Origin: an uncultured Thermoanaerobaculia bacterium
GTDB lineage: Bacteria > Acidobacteriota > Thermoanaerobaculia > Multivoradales > JAGPDF01
Length of the DNA: 64,000 nucleotides
Assembly (NCBI GenBank): GCA_964618415.1
Contig: CAZUAT010000001.1
Coordinates: forward strand, 63,957 to 127,956
Reading direction: 5' to 3'
Shown: positions 47,159 through 56,900 of the stretch, one piece after another
Numbering within the stretch: the stretch's first letter is position 1
How the letters are laid out: the number at the start of each line of letters is the position of its first letter
Notes under the pieces: generated by a model
Databases searched by the model: none
Told to the model about the DNA's origin: nothing
Seen by the model: only the letters and a program-made list of their open reading frames with translations
Made by a program: the position numbers and the translations under genes

Positions 47159-48401
47159 TTCGGCGCGCCGGCGGCGCGCCTGGTGGTGCGGGCTGCTGCT
47201 GGCAGTCGCCGGGGTCGCCGGCGCCGCCGACCGACCGATCGCCATCGCTCCGGAACGCCTGGTCCTGGCGACTTTCCGGTTCACCCAGCCCGGCTACTGG
47301 CGCCGGCTCGTCGACCAGATCGGCGAACGCTACCGGGTCGAAGCCAGCTACGCATGGACGATGCGCTCGCTCGGCGAGACCTGCGTCGTCTTCCGCCTCG
47401 AGCCCGGGACCGACCCGGCACCGGTCGTCGCGGCGCTGCGCGCCGATCGCCGCGTCGGCCTGGCCACCCAGTCCCACAACTTCCGCACACTCGGCGACCG
47501 CCGCGCCGCCGCCGAGCCGGCCTGGGACGACACCTACGCCGCCCTGCAGGTCAACCTGAGCGCTATCGGCCTCGAGCAGGCGCACCGGCGCGCGACCGGC
47601 CGCGGCGTCCACGTCGCGGTCGTCGATACCGGCGCCGACTTCGAGCACCCCGAGCTGGCCGGCCGCCTGATCGAGAAGCGCGACTTCGTCGATCTCGACC
47701 TCGGCGCGTTCGCCACCGATGTCCACGGCACCGCGATCGCCGGGGTCATCGCGGCTACTGCCAACAACGGGCTCGGCATGGTCGGCGTCGCCCCAGAGGT
47801 CGACCTGTCGGTCCTCAAGGGATGCTGGCCCGACCCGCCCGGCGCTTCGACATCGACGTGCAACAGCTACACGCTGGCACGGGCGATCGACCACGCAATC
47901 GCAACCGGGGCCCGGGTGCTCAACCTGAGCCTGACCGGGCCCGAGGACCCGCTGCTGACCCGTCTGCTGATGCGGGCCGATGCGGCCGGAGTGCTGGTCG
48001 TGGCGGCGACCGACGACGAGGAGGCACGGCTGACGTTTCCGGCCTCCCTGCCGTCGGTACTCGCCGTGCGCTCGGCGGAGGGCGGCCATGCAGGGGACGC
48101 TGCCGACGCGCTGGCCGCACCGGGCGCCGACATCCTCTCCACCCGCCCGGGTGGCGGGTACGACTTCTTTACCGGGAGTTCGTTCGCTGCCGCGCAGGTC
48201 AGCGGCGTCGCAGCCCTGCTGATCCAGCGCGAACCGTCGCTGTCGCCCAGCGAGCTGCGGCACCGGCTGTCGGCCGTGCGGCGGCTCGACGCGTGCGCCG
48301 CGCTGACGCCGGTCGATGCTGCGACCGACTGCGCGCGCGCCGACGGGCCGCCCGCTACTCCCAGCGCAGCGCTTCGATCGGCGGCAGGCGCGACGCCTTG
48401 A
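47142..48401 (+). CDS. S8-family (subtilisin-like) serine peptidase with N-terminal pro-region
   Basis: ATG 47142 lies 17 nt inside the anti-sigma 3' end. Signal RRRRAWWCGLLLAVAGVAGA. Triad VVDTGAD / HGTAIAG / GSSFAAAQVSG. Confidence 0.88.
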   Translation: MPGTTDSARRRRAWWCGLLLAVAGVAGAADRPIAIAPERLVLATFRFTQPGYWRRLVDQIGERYRVEASYAWTMRSLGETCVVFRLEPGTDPAPVVAALRADRRVGLATQSHNFRTLGDRRAAAEPAWDDTYAALQVNLSAIGLEQAHRRATGRGVHVAVVDTGADFEHPELAGRLIEKRDFVDLDLGAFATDVHGTAIAGVIAATANNGLGMVGVAPEVDLSVLKGCWPDPPGASTSTCNSYTLARAIDHAIATGARVLNLSLTGPEDPLLTRLLMRADAAGVLVVAATDDEEARLTFPASLPSVLAVRSAEGGHAGDAADALAAPGADILSTRPGGGYDFFTGSSFAAAQVSGVAALLIQREPSLSPSELRHRLSAVRRLDACAALTPVDAATDCARADGPPATPSAALRSAAGATP

Positions 48402-49608
48402 GCGCCGGCCAGGTGCCGAAGACCAACCCCACGAGGGTGCAGAAGCCCAGGCCGTAGACGACCCACTGCGTCGGGACGTGCGCGGCGAAGTCCGTGAACA
48501 GGGTCACCACGTTGCCGAGCGCGAATCCCACCGCGACACCGATCAGCCCGCCGAGATTGCACAGCAGCACGGCTTCGAGGAGAAACTGAGTCAGCACCCA
48601 CCGCCGACGCGCGCCGAGTGCCTTGCGCACACCGATCTCGCGGGTGCGCTCGGTCACCGAGACCAGCATGATGTTCATGATGCCGATCCCCGCCACCAGG
48701 AGGGCAATGATCCCGATCACGAACGCCCCCGCCTTCACCCCGGCAGTCGCCCGATTGAACGACCGGATCTGGCTGTCGTTGGTGAACAGGTCGAAGTCGT
48801 CCTCCTCGCCCGGCCGCACCCCGCGCTCGACTCGCAACACGGCCCGTGTCTCCTCGACCGCCTCCTCGAGCAGCTCCGGGGTGCGCGCCCGCACGGTGAT
48901 GTTGACCGACCGCTCTCGGTTTCCGTCCTCTGCCGTGAGCCCGTAGCGATCGATCCAGGTGGTGACCGGTATCAGGACGTAGTTGTCGTAGCCACCGCCG
49001 AAGGAAGACCTCTTCTCCTCGAAAACGCCCACAACGGTATAGCGGTGTCCGTCGAGACGGAACTCCTGGTCGATCGGATCGACGAACGGAAACAGCTGCT
49101 CGGCGAGCGCGTAGCCGATCACCGCCACCTTGCGCCGGACGCGCAGATCTTCGTCGGTCAGGTTGCGACCTTCGCCGATCAGATGGGTGTTGTTCGGCGC
49201 GTACTGCGCGTCACCGCCCACGACGGACAGCCGGGGCTCGGTCGACTCCGAGCCCGCGCGCGCGACCGAGCCGAAGCGCCAGAGCTCCGAACCGACGAGA
49301 TCGACCGACTGGACCTTCTCCCGGATTGCATCCGCCTGCGCGACGGTGAGCGGATTGCGGGCCTGGATCTTCCGCCAGTCCCGGTCGCCCGGTCCGAAGC
49401 CGCCCGCCGGCCACTTCTGAACCTGAAAGGTCTGCGAACCCAGCACCGAGAGCTGCTGCTCGATCTCGGTCTGCACGACCGAGATTCCGGTCATCACCGC
49501 GATGATCGACGCCACACCGGCAACGATGCCGACCAGCGTCAGAATCGAGCGGAGCTTGTTGGCCCGGATGGCCTCGAGGGCCATCGGCAAGGTCTCTGAG
49601 ATTCGCAT
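48355..49608 (-). CDS. ABC transporter permease, MacB/FtsX-like
   Basis: ATG 49608. 417 aa. MacB_PCD-like periplasmic domain between TM1 and TM2. C-terminal FtsX block ending PPIEALRWE. The track's 863-aa ORF is an extension. Confidence 0.88.
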   Translation of the reverse strand: MRISETLPMALEAIRANKLRSILTLVGIVAGVASIIAVMTGISVVQTEIEQQLSVLGSQTFQVQKWPAGGFGPGDRDWRKIQARNPLTVAQADAIREKVQSVDLVGSELWRFGSVARAGSESTEPRLSVVGGDAQYAPNNTHLIGEGRNLTDEDLRVRRKVAVIGYALAEQLFPFVDPIDQEFRLDGHRYTVVGVFEEKRSSFGGGYDNYVLIPVTTWIDRYGLTAEDGNRERSVNITVRARTPELLEEAVEETRAVLRVERGVRPGEEDDFDLFTNDSQIRSFNRATAGVKAGAFVIGIIALLVAGIGIMNIMLVSVTERTREIGVRKALGARRRWVLTQFLLEAVLLCNLGGLIGVAVGFALGNVVTLFTDFAAHVPTQWVVYGLGFCTLVGLVFGTWPALKASRLPPIEALRWE

Positions 49609-49625
49609 GGCAGCTCCCCGTCTCG

Positions 49626-50864
49626 TCACTCGTACCGCAGAGCATCGATCGGATCGAGGCGCGATGCCCGCCAGGCGGGCACGATCCCGGATACGACCCC
49701 GACCGCCAGCGACACGGTCACCGCCACCATCACGATGCCGGGCGACACGCTGGCGGGCATGAGCACGCGGTCGATGAGAGCGGCCACCCCGATCGCCAGC
49801 GCCATGCCCACCAGCCCGCCGATCATGCAGATCGCAGCCGACTCGAGCAGAAACTGCGCCAGGATCGCCGATCGGCGCGCGCCGATCGCCTTGCGTACGC
49901 CGATCTCGCGAGTCCGCTCGGTGACCGACACGAACATGATGTTCATCACGCCGACTCCCCCCACGAAGAGCGAGATGCCGGTGATCGTGATGCCGATCAA
50001 CAGCACCACGCCCATGACACTGTTGAACATCTGCACCAGCGAATCCATCTTGTTGAGCGAGAAGTTGTCGCGCTCCGCGGGCTCGAGGCGCCGGATCTTG
50101 CGCATCTCGCCGATCACCTCGAACTCGAACTCGTCGAGCGGCACAGCGGCCGGAGCCTTGACGGCGATGTCGATGTTGCGCTGCTGGCCGCCGAAGGCGC
50201 GCATGAACGTGGTGATCGGCACGAACACGCGGGAATCGAGGTCGGCGCCGCCGAAGAACCCGGCTCCGCCCTGCTTCTCCATCACGCCGACGACCCGGAA
50301 CGCGTGCCGCCCGATGCGGATCGACTTGTTGAGGGGGTCGACGTTGTCGAAGAGCCGTTCGGCGATGTCGGCTCCGATCACCGCCACGGCGCGCCGCGCG
50401 CGCACGTCGGAGGCGGTGAGGAAGCGACCGAACTCCGGGACCGCGCTCGAAACGAGCATCTGCTTGTCGGTGGTGCCCAGAATGTCGATGTTGTCGAGCG
50501 TGCGCGAGGAGTACTTGAGCGGCCGCTCGGTGTGAGTGCTCGGGTTGACCGCCAGGGCAGCGTCCAGCTGCCGCTCCAGACGCTCGGCGTCGCGCAGCGA
50601 AACGGGTGGTCGGTTGCGGAACTCGAAGAAATTGCCGCGAATGATCCACGGCATGCGCGACACGTACACGACGTCCGTTCCCAGCGCCGAGACGCTTTCG
50701 CGAAACGAGTTGCCGAGCCCGTTGACCGCCGTCATCGTCGTCACCACACCGAGCACCCCGATGATGATCCCGAGCGTGGTGAGGACGCCGCGCGCGGTGT
50801 TGGCGCGCAGCGAGCCGAAGGCGATACGCAGCGCCTCGACGAATTCCTGACGGTTGAGTCCCAT
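49626..50864 (-). CDS. ABC transporter permease, MacB/FtsX-like (paralog)
   Basis: 412 aa. Same architecture as the permease above. Ends RLDPIDALRYE. Confidence 0.88.
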   Translation of the reverse strand: MGLNRQEFVEALRIAFGSLRANTARGVLTTLGIIIGVLGVVTTMTAVNGLGNSFRESVSALGTDVVYVSRMPWIIRGNFFEFRNRPPVSLRDAERLERQLDAALAVNPSTHTERPLKYSSRTLDNIDILGTTDKQMLVSSAVPEFGRFLTASDVRARRAVAVIGADIAERLFDNVDPLNKSIRIGRHAFRVVGVMEKQGGAGFFGGADLDSRVFVPITTFMRAFGGQQRNIDIAVKAPAAVPLDEFEFEVIGEMRKIRRLEPAERDNFSLNKMDSLVQMFNSVMGVVLLIGITITGISLFVGGVGVMNIMFVSVTERTREIGVRKAIGARRSAILAQFLLESAAICMIGGLVGMALAIGVAALIDRVLMPASVSPGIVMVAVTVSLAVGVVSGIVPAWRASRLDPIDALRYE

Positions 50865-50872
50865 GGCCGGCC

Positions 50873-51628
50873 TCAGGTCGATGCGCTGTCGGACGATGCT
50901 GCGCCCGGCTGAGAGACGGCCGGAACGGCGCCCGGACGCCCGGCATCGTCGGCCGTGGCGAGGTCGCTCTCGATCAGCCCGTCCCGAAGGCGGACGATAC
51001 GCTCGGCGCGACGCGCCACGTCGTCCTCGTGGGTGACCAGAAGGATCGTGTTACCGCCCGCGTGCAGCTCGTTGAACAGCTCGAGGATCTCGTCGCCCGT
51101 GGCGCTGTCGAGGTTTCCGGTCGGCTCGTCGGCGAGCAGCAGCGTCGGTCGGTTGACCAGGGCGCGGGCGATGGCCACTCGCTGACGCTGGCCGCCGGAG
51201 AGCTCGTTCGGCTTGTGGCGCATCCGGTCGGCGAGGCCGACGCGCGCGATCGCCTCTTCCACCTGGCGGCGCCGCTCGGCGCGCGCGACTCCGGCGTAGA
51301 CGAGCGGCAGCTCCACGTTGCGGAACACGTCGGCGCGCGGGATCAGGTTGAAGGTCTGGAAGACGAAACCGATCTTGCGGTTGCGCACGTCGGCGAGGTC
51401 GTCCTCGGACATCGCCGACACGTCCTCGCCGTCGAGGACGTACCGGCCCGAGGTCGGCACGTCGAGACAGCCGACGAGGTTCATCAGCGTCGACTTGCCC
51501 GACCCCGACGGGCCCATGATCGCCACGTACTCGCCGTCCTCGACGGTGAGCGAGACGCCGCGCAGTGCGCGCACCTCGATCGCCTCGAGGGTGTAGGTCT
51601 TGACGACCTGCTCGATGCGCAGTCCCAT
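50873..51628 (-). CDS. ABC transporter ATP-binding protein (MacB/LolD-type)
   Basis: Walker [11 protein letters not shown]. Signature [15 protein letters not shown]. Walker [13 protein letters not shown]. Confidence 0.93.
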   Translation of the reverse strand: MGLRIEQVVKTYTLEAIEVRALRGVSLTVEDGEYVAIMGPSGSGKSTLMNLVGCLDVPTSGRYVLDGEDVSAMSEDDLADVRNRKIGFVFQTFNLIPRADVFRNVELPLVYAGVARAERRRQVEEAIARVGLADRMRHKPNELSGGQRQRVAIARALVNRPTLLLADEPTGNLDSATGDEILELFNELHAGGNTILLVTHEDDVARRAERIVRLRDGLIESDLATADDAGRPGAVPAVSQPGAASSDSAST

Positions 51629-51638
51629 GAGAGTCTGC

Positions 51639-52910
51639 TCAGCCGCGCCCGCCGGCAGCCGACGGCTTTTCTGCCGTCACCGCCGTGCCGTCCTTGAGAT
51701 CCCGGCTGATCGCCCGGTAGCTGCCCACCACGACCTGCTCGCCCGGCTGAACGCCCTCGAGCAGCTCGATGTGCGTATCGCTCTGGATTCCGGTGGTGAC
51801 CGGCCGCGCATGGGCGACCCCGTCCTCGACCACGAATACGACCTGAGCGAAGCCGTCCTTGTCGACCGGGAACCGCTCACCGGCGGGCGTTCCCCCCTCG
51901 TCCTTCTCGTTCGCGCCACCGCCGACGATCTGATCCGGCGTGCGCACGGCCACGCTCTGAATTGGAACCCCGAGCGCCTCCTCGCGGGTCTCGGTCGTGA
52001 TCACGGCCGAGGCCGTCATACCCGGCCGCAGGCTCGTGCCCGGGTCGAGGATCGCAATCTTCACCTCGAACTCGGTCTTCTGTTCGGCAGTGCCGGCGCC
52101 GCCGACCTTGGCGCTGTTTGCGATCTCGGTCACGCTGCCCTCGAAAGTCGTGCCGGGCAGCGCGTCGACCTCGATGACGGCGCGGTCGCCGACCTCGACG
52201 CGCACGATGTCGTTCTCGTCGACGTCGACCAGCGCCTCCATGCCGGACAGGTTCGAGAGCACCAGGATCACGTCCTCCTGGAACTGGGAACCGAGCGCGA
52301 TCTCGCCCATCTCCTTGTTCAGCATCGAGACGGTGCCCGAGATCGGCGCGTAGATCGTCGTCTTCGACAGCGCATCGCGGGCCTGCTTGAGCGCCGCCCG
52401 GCTCTGCTCGACCTGATCGAGTGACGACCGATGGCGGGCGCGTTCGACTTCGGCGGCGGCGCGCGCGGCGTCGAGCGACGCACCCGACTCGAGCTGCTGG
52501 GCAAACAGGCTCTCGACCCGCTCGAGTTCACGGCGCGACTGCGCGAGGTTCTCCTCGGCGACGCGCGCCTGCGCCTGGCTGACCCGCAGATTGGCCTCCG
52601 CGCTCTCCACCTCGGCCAGGTAGCGCTCGCGGTCGAGTTCGAGCAACAGGCGGCCCTTGTCGACCCACTCGCCCTCGGCCACGTCGAGGCGGGTGATCTT
52701 GGCCGACACGTCGGCACTGATGTTGACCTGGGTGACGGGTTGCACCCGTCCGGTCGCCTCGACCGACTGCACGATCGTGCGCCGCTCGACCGGCTCGGTC
52801 TGCACTTCGACCGCTCCGTCGCCCTTGCCCCGACCACTCAGCGCCATTCCGGCGCCCGCCAGCACGACGGCAGCCACGCCGCCCACGATCCACTTCGTCC
52901 GCTTCGACAT
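51639..52910 (-). CDS. Efflux periplasmic adaptor (MacA/HlyD membrane-fusion family)
   Basis: 423 aa. N-terminal anchor, long coiled-coil hairpin, then beta-barrel and MP domains. Confidence 0.88.
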   Translation of the reverse strand: MSKRTKWIVGGVAAVVLAGAGMALSGRGKGDGAVEVQTEPVERRTIVQSVEATGRVQPVTQVNISADVSAKITRLDVAEGEWVDKGRLLLELDRERYLAEVESAEANLRVSQAQARVAEENLAQSRRELERVESLFAQQLESGASLDAARAAAEVERARHRSSLDQVEQSRAALKQARDALSKTTIYAPISGTVSMLNKEMGEIALGSQFQEDVILVLSNLSGMEALVDVDENDIVRVEVGDRAVIEVDALPGTTFEGSVTEIANSAKVGGAGTAEQKTEFEVKIAILDPGTSLRPGMTASAVITTETREEALGVPIQSVAVRTPDQIVGGGANEKDEGGTPAGERFPVDKDGFAQVVFVVEDGVAHARPVTTGIQSDTHIELLEGVQPGEQVVVGSYRAISRDLKDGTAVTAEKPSAAGGRG

Positions 52911-52969
52911 TGCCCGCCGCTCCCCTCGAATGGTGCCTCGGCCGGAACAGGCGCCCCGGCATCCCTACC

Positions 52970-52995
52970 TACGCCGGGCAGGCGGCCGGGTTTCC
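52970..52995 (-). promoter_or_regulatory. ECF-type promoter-like motif GGAAAC-N16-CGTA upstream of the MacA-like operon
   Basis: Minus strand: GGAAAC (52995-52990), a 16-nt spacer, CGTA (52973-52970). About 60 nt upstream of ATG 52910, which has GAGGGGAG as SD. Confidence 0.4.
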
Positions 52996-53028
52996 GTCCG
53001 TGCGGGGGCGGCGGCAGGACGGCTCCCC

Positions 53029-53076
53029 AAAACGACCCCGGCCCGCTCTCCGGACGGACCGGAGAAGCGGGCCGGG
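53029..53076 (-). terminator. Intrinsic terminator candidate after the exported hypothetical gene
   Basis: 17-bp GC-rich stem with one bulged A (53037-53053 / 53059-53076), loop ACGGA. On the minus strand it is followed by GUCGUUUUGGGG. Begins 30 nt after the stop at 53106. Confidence 0.55.
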
Positions 53077-53105
53077 AGCGCCGGCTGGCGCCGGGCGAGA
53101 CGAGG

Positions 53106-53849
53106 TCAGCGGCGGCGCTGGCCGGCCGCCTGAGCCATCGGGTCGAAGCGGACCTCCGAGTATCCGGCCGGCACCTCGTAGGTCCCCACCGGAGCTTCCT
53201 TCTCCTCGACCGATTCGAGCTGCTGCCAGCTCTTGAGTTCCTTGCCCATCATCGTGGTCGTGGAGTCGGTGCGCACCGGGAAACCATCCAGCTTCTGGGC
53301 GAGATCCTTCATCCACTGCTGGTTCGGAGCCAGGCTGGCGTTGGCAATCGCGATCTCCTTGTACTTCGACCAGTCGATCGGCAGGTCTTCGGTCAGGCAC
53401 TGGTCCATGGACATCGTCATCATCGGCATCGAGATGTCCACCCGCGTGAACTTGCAGGTGCGGCCCCCGTACTCGCCGGTCCGGCCCGTCGGCGTCACCG
53501 TGGTCGTCGCCGCCATCATGCGAGCCATCTGCTCCATCATCGGCGCCATGTCGGGGCTGACCATCTTGGACATGTCGAGCGGCACGTCGAGTGCCGAGTA
53601 GTTCTTCTCGGCGTGGTCGATGACGTAGAACTTCTTGCGATCTGGACGCAGCAGGATGGACGTTTCGCCCATGTCGTAGCGCACCCCGCCGTCGCCGTAC
53701 CAGTAGGTGTAGGTGCTGTCCTCGGCCGGGGTGTTCTGCCCCATCATCTGGAACGCGTCGGTGTGGCTGCGGATGGTCAAGACGGTGTCGGCCGCCAGCG
53801 GGGCGGCAGCGGAAATGGCGAACAACAGTACGGAAATCCGTCGGAACAT
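53106..53849 (-). CDS. Hypothetical exported protein (possibly DUF4412-like)
   Basis: ATG 53849 with AGGAGG 6 nt upstream. Signal MFRRISVLLFAISAAAPLAA. Family assignment is uncertain. Confidence 0.65.
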   Translation of the reverse strand: MFRRISVLLFAISAAAPLAADTVLTIRSHTDAFQMMGQNTPAEDSTYTYWYGDGGVRYDMGETSILLRPDRKKFYVIDHAEKNYSALDVPLDMSKMVSPDMAPMMEQMARMMAATTTVTPTGRTGEYGGRTCKFTRVDISMPMMTMSMDQCLTEDLPIDWSKYKEIAIANASLAPNQQWMKDLAQKLDGFPVRTDSTTTMMGKELKSWQQLESVEEKEAPVGTYEVPAGYSEVRFDPMAQAAGQRRR

Positions 53850-53963
53850 GACCTGCCTCCTGAGTCGATAACGGTCGGCGATGCGCATCGGCGCGGCCGG
53901 CATTGAATCCTACCAGCCGACCCGCCGGCCGGGTCTGGTATCCGGGCTCCCGCGGCAGGGGTC

Positions 53964-53969
53964 TAAGCT
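53964..53969 (+). promoter_or_regulatory. Candidate -10 element (TAAGCT) 6 nt upstream of the alpha-2-macroglobulin ATG (leaderless-type)
   Basis: TAAGCT, then TGCGCC, then ATG 53976. No SD. No convincing -35. Confidence 0.3.
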
Positions 53970-53975
53970 TGCGCC

Positions 53976-56900
53976 ATGAGCCCCCAGAGCCCGCTCCGAC
54001 GCCGCGCCCGCGCCTCCCGCCTCGTCTCGCTGCTCGCCCCGGTCCTCGTCGCGCTCGTCGCGCTCGCCTGTCGCCCGGCAGCGGCGACCGACCCGCTGCC
54101 GGGAGAAGATCCGCCGATGACCGGCCGAGCCACCTGGAGCGAGGTCGACCGCCTGATCGACGAGCAGAAGCTCGCCGAGGCGGCGAAGCTCCTCGACCGC
54201 CTGGAGACGGCCGCCCGGGAGGGCCAGAACGATCAGGAACTGGCCAGCGTCCTCGTCCGCCAGACCCAGATCGGCCTCGCCCTCGGCGGCTACGAGACCG
54301 CGGTCGAGGCGCTGCGCGCCAAAGCCTGGCCGGAAGAGCCGCTCGCCCGCGCCACCGTAGAGCTCTACGACGCGCACGCCCTGCTCGGCTACCTCGGCGC
54401 CTACGGCTGGGAGATCCGCCAGCGCGAGAAGGTGGTCTCGGGCGCGGCGCAGGATCTCAAGCTCTGGACTGCCGATCAGATCGTCGCCGAGGCCGACCGC
54501 GCATTTGCGCGGGTCTGGGCGCAGCGCGACCGCCTCGGCGAACTGGCACCCGATGCGCTCGCCGAGCTGCGTCCGAACGACTATCCCGACCGGATACGCC
54601 CCACGCTGCGCGACGCGGTGGCCTACCTCTGGGCCGAGCGCCTGGCCGACAGCGCGCACTGGTCCGCCGACGAGAGCGCCGAACTGTGGAAGCTCGACCG
54701 CGACGCTCTGGCTGATGGCCGCACCGTGGAGCCGACCCCCGAGCGGCTGGCCGACGACGCACTGCACCCGTTGGTGCGCCTGGCGGCGCTGCTCGGCGAC
54801 CTCGAGCGCTGGCACCGCGGCCGCCGCGAGCCAGGTGCGGCGCTCGAGGCCCGCCTCGAGCGCTTCCGCCATCTGCTGCAGGCCTACTCGGAACCGCAGG
54901 ATCGGGCGGCGCTCGCGGCCGCGCTCGAGCGCTCCCTGGCCGAGTTCCGCGCCCACCCGTGGTGGTCGATGGGGATGGCGCTGCTGGCGGAGACGACCGA
55001 CGGCTTCGACGCCCCCGAGGCGCGAATCCGTGCCCGCGCGCTGGCCGTCGAGGGTGAGCAGGCCTACCCGAACTCGCCGGGCGCCAGGCATTGCCGGGTC
55101 GTGCGCGAGCGCATCGATGCGCCTGCCTATGCGCTGCAAGCGATGGCCATCGACGCGGCCGACCGGCGCTCGGTCGAGATCACCCACCGCAACCTGCAGC
55201 AGCTCCACCTGCGCGCCTACCGGCTTCCGGACGAGCGGTTCGAGGCACAGCCGGTCCGCTGGACGGGCTGGAACGACGAGCGCGTGAGCGCCGTGCTGCG
55301 CGGCACGCCCGAGGCCAGCTGGTCGGTCACCCTGCCGCCGACCCCCGACTTCCGGGACCACCGCACGTTTACCACCCCCCCGCTCACCGCGCGCGGGCGC
55401 TATCTGGTGGTGGCCTCCGCCGAGCCCGGCTTCCGTCGCAACAACAACTCGCGCCAGGCCGTCGAACTGCGCCTCTCGGACCTGGTCCTGCTGCGCGATC
55501 CGGCGTTCGGGCAGGCACCTGGGGCCGATTCGGTGCGCGTCCTGTCGGGCTCGACCGGGGCGCCGGTCGCCGGGGCCGAAGCGACGCTCTATCGGTGGCG
55601 CTGGGAGCAGAAGCCGGAGCGGGTCGAGACGCGCACCAGCGACGCCGGCGGTCTGGTCCGCTTCGCCCTGCCGCCGGGCGGGGACGGACGCGGCATCGCC
55701 GTGGTGGTCCGGCACGGCGAGGACGAGGCGGTCTGGTCCCAAGGCTACTGGTGGCGACCGCCGTCTCCGCCAGGCGCGTCGTCAGCGGCCCTCGTTTTCA
55801 CCGACCGCGCCATCTACCGGCCCGGGCAGAAGCTGCTCTGGAAGATCCTCGCCTACGAAGGGGAGGCCGCCAAGGGGAGTTTCCGCGCCGTCGGCGACCG
55901 CTCGCACGTGGTCGAGCTGCTCGATCCGAACGGCGAAGTGGTCGCTACCGGCGAGGCGAGGACCAACGATTTCGGCACCGCGGCCGGCGAGCTCGAGATC
56001 CCTAGCGGGCGGCTGCTCGGCAACTGGACCTTGCGCACCAGCGCCAACGGCCGGACGTCGATCTCGGTCGAGGAGTACAAGCGGCCGACCTTCGAATTGA
56101 CCCTCGACGCGCCCGTCGGCGAGCCGCGTCTCAACCGTCCCCTCGATGTCCCCGGCGACGCGCGTTACTACTTCGGATTGCCGGTCGCTTCGGGAACGGT
56201 CTCCTGGCGCGTCGTGCGCGCGCCGATGTGGGAGTGGGCGCGCCACGGCGGCTGGTGGTGGCGACCGCCGGCGCCGCCGCGCACGATCGCCTCGGGCTCG
56301 ACCGAGGTCGACGCCGAAGGCAAGTTCGCCGTCCGCTTCACCCCCGAGGCCGACGAGCGCGAGCGCGACGCCTGCGGCTGCTACCGCTTCACCGTCGAGG
56401 CCGAACTGACCGACGAGGGGGGCGAGACCCGCTCGGCGTCGCGCTCGATCGCGGTCGGCTGGGTCGGAGTGACCCTGGCGGTCGACGGCGATCCGTTCCT
56501 GCTCGGTCCGGAGAGCCCGCGCGCGTGGACCGTGCGCCGGCGCTCGCTCGACGGCGAGGCCCGCCCGGGTGCCACGAGCTGGCGGCTGGTCGAGCTCGCC
56601 CAGCCCGAGCGCGCGCCGCTGCCGGCCGAGCTGCCACGGCCGGTCGAGCCGGATCGCGAGCGCTGGGCAACCGCCGGGGATCGCCTGCGCCCACGGTGGG
56701 ACACCGGAATCGACTCGGCCGAGCTGCTCGCCGGCTGGTCGAGCGGACCCGAAGTCGCCCGCGGCACGCTCACCCACGGCGAGGACGGCGCCGGCCAGCT
56801 CCCGCTCACCGACCTCGCCGCCGGGGCCTACCGGCTGATCGCCGAGACGCGCGACACGCATGGCGAGGTCTTTACGCTCGAGCGCTCGTTCGTCGTCGTC

